The notes below the pieces were generated by a model. That model was not told the origin of the DNA and made no database searches. It saw only the letters and a list, made by a program, of their open reading frames with translations. From Phycisphaerae bacterium (GTDB taxonomy: Bacteria > Planctomycetota > Phycisphaerae > UBA1845 > PWPN01): a stretch of 64,000 bases of DNA. A program made the position numbers and the translations under genes. Where the stretch lies: positions 5,388 through 69,387 of the forward strand of contig JAGNEZ010000032.1 in NCBI GenBank assembly GCA_018003015.1. Reading direction: 5' to 3'. Below are positions 1 to 7,692 of this stretch, one piece after another; the first letter of the stretch is position 1, and every line of letters starts with the position of its first letter.

Positions 1-84
1 CCGCCGCCGCCGCCCCCGCCCACCGGCATCGAGTCCGAGATCGGGAGGTCCGGTGGCAGATCGACGGGTTCCCTGCTAGAGTCT

Positions 85-1713
85 GTGCCCGTGCCAATCG
101 TCGTGCGAGGACTGACGCTGGGGCTGGACGAGCCGGAGGAGCTACTGCTTCAGCGGGCGGCGGCCAGGCTGCGTATCGCCATGAGCGACATTCAGGCATG
201 GGCGGTCGTCCGTCGCTCCCTCGACGCGCGGCACAAAGACCGAATCGCGTTCACCTACAACGTCGAGCTAGCCCTGGTTGGTCCGACCAAACGGGAGAAG
301 CACGTCCTCCATCGCCTCCGCCGGCCGGACGTTTCGTGGCTTGAGCCCGAAATCGTACCCGATCCGGAGTCTGGATCCGAGCCCATGCCCGACCGGCCGG
401 TGGTTGTCGGCTTCGGGCCGGCCGGCATGTTCGCTGCCCTCACCCTGGCCAAGCTCGGCTACCGGCCGCTGGTTGTCGATCGCGGCCAAGACGTCTCCAC
501 CCGGCATCGCGACGTTATGGTTGACTTCTACCGGGCCCGGCGATTCCATCCGGAGTCAAACCTCTTGTACGGGGAGGGCGGCGCGGGGGCATACTCCGAC
601 GGTAAGCTGTACACCCGGGTCAAAGATCCGCGTGTCCAGCTCGTGCTCGAGACTTTCTACCACCACGGGGCCAAGCCGGACATCCTCATCGACGGCAAGC
701 CGCATGTCGGCTCGGACAAGCTGCCCGGCATCTGCCGGCGGATCCGTCTGCATATCGAGGCCCTCGGCGGCGAGGTTTGCTTCGGAAGGCGACTCGACGA
801 CGTGGTCATCGACAACAGCCGATTGACCGGCATCGTCATCAACGGCGAGACGATCGCCTGCGGCCCGGTCATTCTGGGCATCGGCCACTCGGCCCGCGAC
901 ACGCTGCGGATGCTCGGACGACGAGGTGTGCGTTTTGAATCCAAGCCATTCCAGATAGGCGTTCGGATCGAGCACCCCCAATCACTCGTGGACCGCTGGC
1001 AGTACGGTCCGATGTGCGGCCACGAGCGTCTGCCGCCGGCCGACTACCAGCTCGTGGCCAAAGGAGTAGCCGACGGGGGCGGCGACGTGTTCAGCTTCTG
1101 CATGTGCCCCGGGGGCATGATCCTGCCGACCAATGAGCTGCCCGGGCACCTCTCCACCAACGGGGCAAGCCGGTCGCGGCGCAACGGACCGCGGGCCAAC
1201 AGCGGCCTGGTCGTGACCCTCGACCCGTGCATCGTCTGCTCCGCGGCGGCGGATGATCCCCTGGCGGCATTTGAGTCTCTGCGGACCATGGAGCAGGCCG
1301 CGTTCGAGGCCGCCGGCGGTGACTACCACGTTCCCGCTCAGCGTGCGGGCGACCTTGTGCAGGGCAAAACCTCCGACGGTTGCCTCGAAACCAGCTATCC
1401 GCTGGGCGGTCGATGGGTGGATCTGCGCCGAATCCTGCCGGCGTCGATCATCGAACCGGTTGCCCGGGCGATCGAGCAGCTGGACCGGCGGTTGCCCGGT
1501 TTCGGTGGCCCGGATGCCCTGGTCACCGCCCCGGAAAGCCGAGCGAGCGGCCCGGTGCGGATCACACGCGACCCGGCGACTCGCCAGTCCGCCTCGACCT
1601 CGAACTTGTACCCCGTCGGTGAGGGTGCGGGCTATGCGGGCGGCATCGTCAGCGCCGCCATCGACGGCCTCAAGAGCGCCGAGGCCGTTGTCGCCCGATA
1701 CGCCCGACCGTGA
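85..1713 (+). CDS. FAD-dependent oxidoreductase (COG2509-like uncharacterised FAD-dependent dehydrogenase)
   Basis: 542-aa ORF with a GTG start. Dinucleotide-binding motif VVVGFGPAGMFAAL followed by VVDRG. C-terminal G-rich motif YPVGEGAGYAGGI typical of this FAD family. The frame stays open back to nt 1, so a more upstream start cannot be excluded. Confidence 0.8.
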   Translation: MPVPIVVRGLTLGLDEPEELLLQRAAARLRIAMSDIQAWAVVRRSLDARHKDRIAFTYNVELALVGPTKREKHVLHRLRRPDVSWLEPEIVPDPESGSEPMPDRPVVVGFGPAGMFAALTLAKLGYRPLVVDRGQDVSTRHRDVMVDFYRARRFHPESNLLYGEGGAGAYSDGKLYTRVKDPRVQLVLETFYHHGAKPDILIDGKPHVGSDKLPGICRRIRLHIEALGGEVCFGRRLDDVVIDNSRLTGIVINGETIACGPVILGIGHSARDTLRMLGRRGVRFESKPFQIGVRIEHPQSLVDRWQYGPMCGHERLPPADYQLVAKGVADGGGDVFSFCMCPGGMILPTNELPGHLSTNGASRSRRNGPRANSGLVVTLDPCIVCSAAADDPLAAFESLRTMEQAAFEAAGGDYHVPAQRAGDLVQGKTSDGCLETSYPLGGRWVDLRRILPASIIEPVARAIEQLDRRLPGFGGPDALVTAPESRASGPVRITRDPATRQSASTSNLYPVGEGAGYAGGIVSAAIDGLKSAEAVVARYARP

Positions 1714-2192
1714 GAAACGATGCCCCGATGACCGATTCGCTGTCAGACACGTTCCACATCGCGACCCTTCGTGAGGCCGCCAGACGTCCCGAAGTCGTCA
1801 CCGCGCTCCGCAGGTTCTTCGACGAAACCGACCGCCTCATCGCCGGGTACGACCCCACCTGCTGGAATCACGGCCACTGCTGCCAATTCGGAACCTACGG
1901 TCACCGCCTGTACGTGACGGCATTGGAGGTCGTGCTGTACCTGGCCGGGGGGTACGATCTCCCGCTGATCGAGCAGGACACTTGCCCCCACGCTCGCGAT
2001 GGCCGTTGCCAGGCGCGGACCTGTCGCCCCCTCGGTTGCCGCGTCTTCTACTGTGACCCGGCAGCCCGGGGATGGCAGGGTCCGCTCACCGAGGAACGTC
2101 TGGGTGTTCTGCGGGACTTGCATGGACAGTTGGGCGTGCCCTATTTTTATGCCGACTGGATGGCGATGCTGCGGGCACTCCAGCGAGACTGA
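1710..2192 (+). CDS. YkgJ-family Cys-cluster (putative zinc/iron-chelating) protein
   Basis: 160-aa ORF. Cys clusters CWNHGHCCQFG and CPHARDGRCQARTCRPLGCRVFYC resemble the CxxCxxCC / C..C..Y..RP..C pattern of the YkgJ (UPF0153) family. The GTG start overlaps the upstream stop (GTGA). An alternative in-frame ATG lies at 1728. Confidence 0.65.
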   Translation: MRNDAPMTDSLSDTFHIATLREAARRPEVVTALRRFFDETDRLIAGYDPTCWNHGHCCQFGTYGHRLYVTALEVVLYLAGGYDLPLIEQDTCPHARDGRCQARTCRPLGCRVFYCDPAARGWQGPLTEERLGVLRDLHGQLGVPYFYADWMAMLRALQRD

Positions 2193-2208
2193 GACCGGAA
2201 CGTCACCC

Positions 2209-3471
2209 ATGCATGTGATTCTGATACCGTTGGGGAGTGTCGGAGACATCCATCCGTTCCTGTGGCTGGGGCGTGGTTTGAAGGCCCGCGGCCATCGGGT
2301 GACGCTGATCAGCAACACCTACTTCGAATCGATGAGCCGCGGGGCGGGGCTCGATTTTGACGCCCTTGGCCCCGTGGAACTGTACCACGAGATCGTCGAG
2401 AACCCGGATGGCCGCGATCCCAAGAAATCGGGCAGGCTCTTCCGTGAGAAAGTCCTTCCGTGGCTGATTCGTCCGATGTACGAGATCGTGGCCAGGCACC
2501 ACGCGCCGGGTGAGACGGTCATGGTGGCGAACGCTGGGGCCTTCGGGGCCCGCATCGCCCAGGACCACCTGGGCATCCCCCTGGCCACGATCTGCCTGCA
2601 GCCGCATGCCTTCCGCAGTATCCATGAGACGCCGAAGCACCCTGACTGGCCGATCCTCAGCTGCCTGCCGCGCCGCTGGAAGAAGATGGTGTTCGCCTTC
2701 GTCGATCGTTTCTGCATCGACCCGCTGCTCGGGCCGCCCATCGATGCCTTCCGCGTCGAGTTGGGCCTGCCCGCCGTCAGGCACCATCTCGGTCAATGGC
2801 TCTTCTCGCCGCAGCGCATCATCGGGCTGTTTCCGCCCTGGCTCGGCCAGCCGCAACCGGATTGGCCACGGCAGACGCGCTTGACCGGCTTCCCGTTGTA
2901 CGATGCCGCCGAGGACAAGCCGCTGCCCGCCGGCCTGGCCGAGTTCCTCGACGCCGGCCCCCCGCCGGTGGCGTTCACCATGGGCTCGCCGTTCCGCGAC
3001 CAGGATCGCTTCTTCCAGGCCTCGGTCGATGCCTGCAGACAGCTTGGCCGGCGCGGCTTGCTGGTCACCCGACACAAGGAACAGGTCCCCGCTGGACTGC
3101 CCGACGGGATCTTGCACGTGGAATACGCACCCTACGGCCGGGTATTCCCGCGCGTGGCCCTAGTCGTTCACCACGGGGGCATGGGCACACTCAGTCAGGC
3201 CCTGCTCGCCGGCGTGCCGCACCTGATCATGCCCATCGCCTACGATCAGCCGGACAACGCCGACCGGCTGACCCGGCTGGGCGTCGCCCTGCCGATCAAG
3301 CGAGCCCTGTACACCGCTCACACCGCGGCCGCCGCCATCAGGAAACTGACCGAGTCGCGCGACGTGGCCGCTCGCTGCCGCGAAGTAGCCGCCAAGGTCC
3401 GTTCCGCCCATCCGCTCAACGACACCTGCCTCCTTGTGGAGCAGCTGAGGTCGCCGGCCGTGGCTCGATAA
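2209..3471 (+). CDS. GT1-family glycosyltransferase (MGT/UDP-glycosyltransferase-like)
   Basis: N-terminus MHVILIPLGSVGDIHPFLWLGRGLKARGH and C-terminal nucleotide-sugar signature HHGGMGTLSQALLAGVPHLIMPIAYDQPDNA are typical of GT-B GT1 enzymes. The ATG at 2209 was chosen because the longer ORF (from 1999) overlaps the YkgJ gene and has an Arg/Cys-rich implausible leader. Confidence 0.8.
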   Translation: MHVILIPLGSVGDIHPFLWLGRGLKARGHRVTLISNTYFESMSRGAGLDFDALGPVELYHEIVENPDGRDPKKSGRLFREKVLPWLIRPMYEIVARHHAPGETVMVANAGAFGARIAQDHLGIPLATICLQPHAFRSIHETPKHPDWPILSCLPRRWKKMVFAFVDRFCIDPLLGPPIDAFRVELGLPAVRHHLGQWLFSPQRIIGLFPPWLGQPQPDWPRQTRLTGFPLYDAAEDKPLPAGLAEFLDAGPPPVAFTMGSPFRDQDRFFQASVDACRQLGRRGLLVTRHKEQVPAGLPDGILHVEYAPYGRVFPRVALVVHHGGMGTLSQALLAGVPHLIMPIAYDQPDNADRLTRLGVALPIKRALYTAHTAAAAIRKLTESRDVAARCREVAAKVRSAHPLNDTCLLVEQLRSPAVAR

Positions 3472-3503
3472 TCCCCTCCATCGTCCGCCAGCCAATCCCT
3501 GGT

Positions 3504-5315
3504 TCAGCCTTCTCGAAGCTTCTCCCGCTGGACCTGCCAGACGACCGCGGCCACGAAGTAGATCACCGTCACCAGCATCAGGCCCCGTTTGTAGCTTTCC
3601 ATGTTGTCGTTGTAGATGCGCTCGTCGGCCCCCCCACCGAGGAACACGCGTAGAGCCAAAGCGATGATGGCCGCCAGACTCAGCACCGCGCACCCGCCCG
3701 CCACCCAGGCGAAGCCGGGTAGCCCGCCGGCCGACCTCGCCGCCGCGTCGGGTCGAGCAGCCGGCCCGCCACGGGCTGCGTCGATCGGCTTCTCGACTGG
3801 CTCACCCGGGGCGGCCTTTGACCCCATGACCGCTGCCAGAAACACATACAGCCCCGCCGCGATGAACCACCCCGGCAACCACCGGAAGAACAGATGCACG
3901 CCCATAAGCTCCATCGGCGATCTCAAAGCCCCACCGGTGAACTGCTCGATCGGGAAGCAGATCACCAGAACCACCAGCCAGGCGATCAGCGCCGCGGGAT
4001 TGACGCTCAGCCGGCGCTTCTCCGCCCAGTACTGGCCCAGCCCGAGCTTCGGAAACAGCCAGTGCTCGGCCACGATGATCGCTCCGATCGGCATGAGCAT
4101 CAGCCCGTAGATGGCCACGAAATCAAGCAGCTTCATGAAGATTGCCGGAAAGAGAGCCACGATTGTGGTGATCCCCCCCGCGGCTACGGTCACCGCCCAC
4201 CGCGGCCAGTTCGGCGTGATGATCTGCAGGGCCAGCCCCGCCCGGTAGATGGTCGGATTCGCCGTCGTCCAGCCGGCCAGCAGCACGCAGATCAGTCCCG
4301 CGGCTCCCGCCGCCCGGTTGGCCATCTCACCGGGGTTGAGTTGACTGCCCAACACGGCGCCCATGATCCCGGCACAGATCCAGGCACAGAAGTGCCCGAG
4401 GTACATCCCAAACGCCGAGTAGAAGCCGTAACTCCAGTGCCGGGCATAGCGGAACACGGCCATGTCCGACAGCCCGATGTGCATCGCCAGATTCGCGAAC
4501 CAGGCGAAGAAGGCGACATGCCAGAAACCCAGCTTGACGCCGCCGTGCACCGCCACCCCCGTCCAGATCCTCTCGTTGGCAATTGCCCAGAGCTCGGAGA
4601 AGTCGCGAACATCGCCCAGCTTCGGCAGCGTCGCCAAGGCCCCGGCCAGGAAAATCGGGAACATCCACGGCGAGCAGACCGCGGAGAACTGGCTTAGCTT
4701 CTTGAAACCCGCGATAGCGAGTACGACCACCAGAGCCCCGATGGCCAGCACGATGATCACCCACCCAACGCTGTTGGGATACACGTCCGTCAGGCCGGGG
4801 TGAACCAGCCTCAGGCCGAGCATGTGGTTCAGGCCCATGACCACGGCGGAGGCCGACACGCCGATCATCGCCGCTGCCAGGCAGCAGTACAGCAGAGCGT
4901 TCACCAGGTTATAGACCACGGTCAGACCTGGACCGATGATCCGCCGCACGTACCAGTACAGGGTCAGCCGGACCCGCGTGGCGATCGGAGCACAGACAAA
5001 CGCCCACGACAGGACCGCCAGGAAGTTGCCGAGGAGCAGGCCGAAGACCAGATCGCTCGCCCCCGCCCCCCAGTGAACGAAGAGAGCCCCGATGACAAAC
5101 TCGGTTCCTGCCACATGCTCGCCGGCGAACATGGCCGCGAAGTACCGCCCGTCGTGCAACTTGTCGGCGCTGACCGGCTGGCGCTCGTACTCGTACAGCT
5201 TGTCCAGGCGGGCGGCGAGAGTCCCGCCCCCCCGAGCGCTCGCCGCGGCTTCGAGGGATGGCAAGCCCCGACCAGATGTTGAACCCTGACCCGACGGCGA
5301 CGGCGTTCCCGGCAT
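3504..5315 (-). CDS. Multi-pass inner-membrane permease (possibly NCS1/purine-cytosine-permease-like; family uncertain)
   Basis: Long hydrophobic ORF with at least 12 predicted TM stretches. Start placed at the ATG at 5315 because AAGGAG lies 8 nt upstream. The ORF track extends to 5405. Family assignment rests only on weak resemblance, read by eye, to the N-terminal core of NCS1 permeases. Confidence 0.7.
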   Translation of the reverse strand: MPGTPSPSGQGSTSGRGLPSLEAAASARGGGTLAARLDKLYEYERQPVSADKLHDGRYFAAMFAGEHVAGTEFVIGALFVHWGAGASDLVFGLLLGNFLAVLSWAFVCAPIATRVRLTLYWYVRRIIGPGLTVVYNLVNALLYCCLAAAMIGVSASAVVMGLNHMLGLRLVHPGLTDVYPNSVGWVIIVLAIGALVVVLAIAGFKKLSQFSAVCSPWMFPIFLAGALATLPKLGDVRDFSELWAIANERIWTGVAVHGGVKLGFWHVAFFAWFANLAMHIGLSDMAVFRYARHWSYGFYSAFGMYLGHFCAWICAGIMGAVLGSQLNPGEMANRAAGAAGLICVLLAGWTTANPTIYRAGLALQIITPNWPRWAVTVAAGGITTIVALFPAIFMKLLDFVAIYGLMLMPIGAIIVAEHWLFPKLGLGQYWAEKRRLSVNPAALIAWLVVLVICFPIEQFTGGALRSPMELMGVHLFFRWLPGWFIAAGLYVFLAAVMGSKAAPGEPVEKPIDAARGGPAARPDAAARSAGGLPGFAWVAGGCAVLSLAAIIALALRVFLGGGADERIYNDNMESYKRGLMLVTVIYFVAAVVWQVQREKLREG

Positions 5316-5690
5316 CGGTCGCACTCCTTGCGTAGGGATGAGCTCACACAGATACCCGGAGGGGCTTATCTTAGAGTCTGGTCGTCGGGATTCAACGGTC
5401 GCCAAAGCATCGAAGGCAAGCTCGCTCCCCAGCTTCCGCCCGCGGCAGTCGTGACGACGGTTCGGTCCACATCAAGTCGTGGGTCAGGTAAGAGACGGCC
5501 TCTTCAGCTGGGCCAAGCGGCGGACACCTCCAAAAAACCACGCAGCGCGGCGCACAAGAACACGCCTGGCCGCCTGCTGCACGGACGTCTGCCGGCAAGG
5601 AGGCCCGACCGCCGCAAGAAAGACCCCGCGGATCCCGCAGCCAGGCGGTTGACTCGTCTGGGCAGGAAGCTACTGCCCGGTTGTTAGCAA

Positions 5691-5699
5691 TGATATAAT
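5691..5699 (+). promoter_or_regulatory. Candidate extended -10 promoter element (TGaTATAAT) upstream of zwf
   Basis: Perfect TGnTATAAT in the 474-nt divergent intergenic region, about 90 nt upstream of the zwf ATG. No good -35 at 17 nt. Consensus borrowed from sigma-70 of model bacteria. Confidence 0.25.
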
Positions 5700-5789
5700 C
5701 GCGAGGCGAACCGGGGCGGCTACGTAAGCCGCTGTCAATCATGGTTTTCCGAGCGAACCGATTTCGACCTGAGATCGCGCCTGGAGACG

Positions 5790-7340
5790 ATGGCTTTGAA
5801 TCCCACAACCGCCAACCCATTGCGTCGCGACCTGCCGGATGCCACCACACCCGAGCCTTGCTGCGTCGCACTGTTCGGGGCAACTGGGGATCTCACCCAG
5901 CGCAAGCTGATCCCCGCCCTCTACAATCTCGCCCGGGAAGGATTCCTGCCGGCCGGCATCACGGTCATCGGCGTCTCCCGGCGAGACTGGACCGACGACC
6001 AGTTCCGCGAGGCCACGCTCGCGGCCGTCGGCGAGCATTCACGGCACAAGCCGGTGCTGCCCGAGGTCTGGCGCGGCTTCGCCCAGAACCTCTTCTATCA
6101 GAAACTGAGCTTCGACCGTCCGGCCGACTACGTCGCCCTTGGCCGGCGCCTCAAGACCCTGGCCGCCGAGCGGCGGATCCCCGCGAACTGCCTGTTCTAC
6201 CTGGCGACCGCACCGGAGTACTTCGCCACTGCGGCCGAACAGCTCCACGCCGCCGGACTGGTGGCCGCCCCCCACGATAAGACGTGGACCCGATTGGTGG
6301 TTGAGAAGCCGTTCGGGCGCGACCTGGCCAGCGCCGCCGACCTGAACCGCCGACTGCAGGCCGCGTTCGATGAGTCCCAGATCTTTCGCATCGATCACTA
6401 CCTCGGCAAGGAAACAGTACAGAACATCCTGGTCATGCGGTTTGCCAACGCGATCTTTGAACCGATCTGGAATCGGCGTTATGTCGATCACGTGCAGATC
6501 ACCGTGGCCGAACGGGTAGGCATGGAAGGCCGGCGGGGCCAGTACTATGACACGGCCGGTGCCACCCGCGACATGGCCCAGAACCACATGATGCAGCTCC
6601 TGTCGCTCGTGGCCATGGAGCCACCGGTGGGCATGGACGCGCGGGCGATCCGCGACGAGAAGGTCAAGGTCCTCCGCGCTCTCCAGCCGCTGGTCGGGCC
6701 AGGGTCGACCGGGGCCAGCGTCCGCGGCCAGTACGGCCCGGGCAGCTTCGCGGGCAATGCCTTGAAGGGATATCGCCAGGAAGAGGCGGTGGAGCCGGCG
6801 TCGAGCACCGAGACGTTCGTCGCGCTGCGCCTGCACATCGACACCTGGCGGTGGTCGGGCGTGCCGTTCTACCTGCGGACCGGAAAACGGCTGCCCAAGC
6901 GGCTGACCGAGGTGGCCATCCAGTTCCGATCTCCGCCGATGGCCATGTTCGCCGAGGCCGAGCAGCTGCCGCAGGCCCCAAACCAGCTCGTGCTCCGCGT
7001 GCAACCGGACGAAGGCATCTCGCTGTCATTCGAGGCCAAGGTGCCGGGCATGCGGATGCGGATCCAACCGGTCAAGATGGACTTCCGCTACGGGACCAGT
7101 TTCGGCGGTGACTCGCCCGAGGCCTATGAGCGGTTGCTGCTCGATGCCATGCTCGGCGACGCGACGCTGTTTATCAGCGCCGAGGAGGTGGACTACTCAT
7201 GGCGGCTGATCTCGCCCATGCTGGAGTCGTGGACCGCAAGCCCGTCACCGAGATTCCCGAACTACGAGGCCGGCACCTGGGGCCCCCCCGAGGCGGATAT
7301 GCTGTTTGGTGACTCCGGCCGCCACTGGCGGCGGCTGTGA
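5790..7340 (+). CDS. zwf: Glucose-6-phosphate 1-dehydrogenase
   Basis: Canonical motifs: FGATGDLTQRKLIPALYNL (NADP binding), EKPFGRDL, RIDHYLGKE (active-site signature). Length 516 aa. Confidence 0.97.
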   Translation: MALNPTTANPLRRDLPDATTPEPCCVALFGATGDLTQRKLIPALYNLAREGFLPAGITVIGVSRRDWTDDQFREATLAAVGEHSRHKPVLPEVWRGFAQNLFYQKLSFDRPADYVALGRRLKTLAAERRIPANCLFYLATAPEYFATAAEQLHAAGLVAAPHDKTWTRLVVEKPFGRDLASAADLNRRLQAAFDESQIFRIDHYLGKETVQNILVMRFANAIFEPIWNRRYVDHVQITVAERVGMEGRRGQYYDTAGATRDMAQNHMMQLLSLVAMEPPVGMDARAIRDEKVKVLRALQPLVGPGSTGASVRGQYGPGSFAGNALKGYRQEEAVEPASSTETFVALRLHIDTWRWSGVPFYLRTGKRLPKRLTEVAIQFRSPPMAMFAEAEQLPQAPNQLVLRVQPDEGISLSFEAKVPGMRMRIQPVKMDFRYGTSFGGDSPEAYERLLLDAMLGDATLFISAEEVDYSWRLISPMLESWTASPSPRFPNYEAGTWGPPEADMLFGDSGRHWRRL

Positions 7341-7359
7341 CACGGGTCAGAGGTCAGGC

Positions 7360-7671
7360 ATGGAACCGCGATCGCGACCCCGCGTTGTCTTCAGGTGGTG
7401 CCCGACGCGCACACGGCGCTGGCTGGTCGGCTGCGGCCTGGTTCTGTCCGCGCTCATCGGCATCGCGCGGATCGCAGCTATACCCTGGTCATGGCAATAT
7501 GTCGACGACACACTCTCCTTGGCCGTCTTCCTGGGTGCGTTCGCCTCGACAGCAGTCCTCTTCTGCCTCGACTTCCGCCGCCAACACCCTCTCGGCCACT
7601 GCCGCAAGTGCGGCTACGATTTGACCGGCAACTTGAGCGGGGTATGCCCGGAGTGTGGCGCGATGCTCTGA
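7360..7671 (+). CDS. Small membrane protein with C-terminal zinc-ribbon (CxxC...CxxC)
   Basis: Two hydrophobic helices followed by HCRKCGYDLTGNLSGVCPECG. GAGG lies 6 nt upstream of the ATG at 7360. The longer ORF start (7306) overlaps the zwf end. Confidence 0.6.
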   Translation: MEPRSRPRVVFRWCPTRTRRWLVGCGLVLSALIGIARIAAIPWSWQYVDDTLSLAVFLGAFASTAVLFCLDFRRQHPLGHCRKCGYDLTGNLSGVCPECGAML

Positions 7672-7692
7672 CCGCTCGCATCCCTCATGCAA

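Noticed and set aside
1-84. A (CCG)n/poly-Pro-encoding tract at the window edge, a possible 3' end of an upstream gene or a simple repeat.
   Set aside because: Too little sequence is visible. One frame is continuous with the FAD-protein ORF and another ends at a TAG at 76-78. No call can be supported.
5281-5340. A GCGTAGGGA plus GAACCCTGA combination resembling the 3' half of a TPP riboswitch, near the permease start.
   Set aside because: It is on the wrong strand for the permease, overlaps its coding N-terminus, lacks the CTGAGA element, and lies about 450 nt from zwf. I consider it coincidental.
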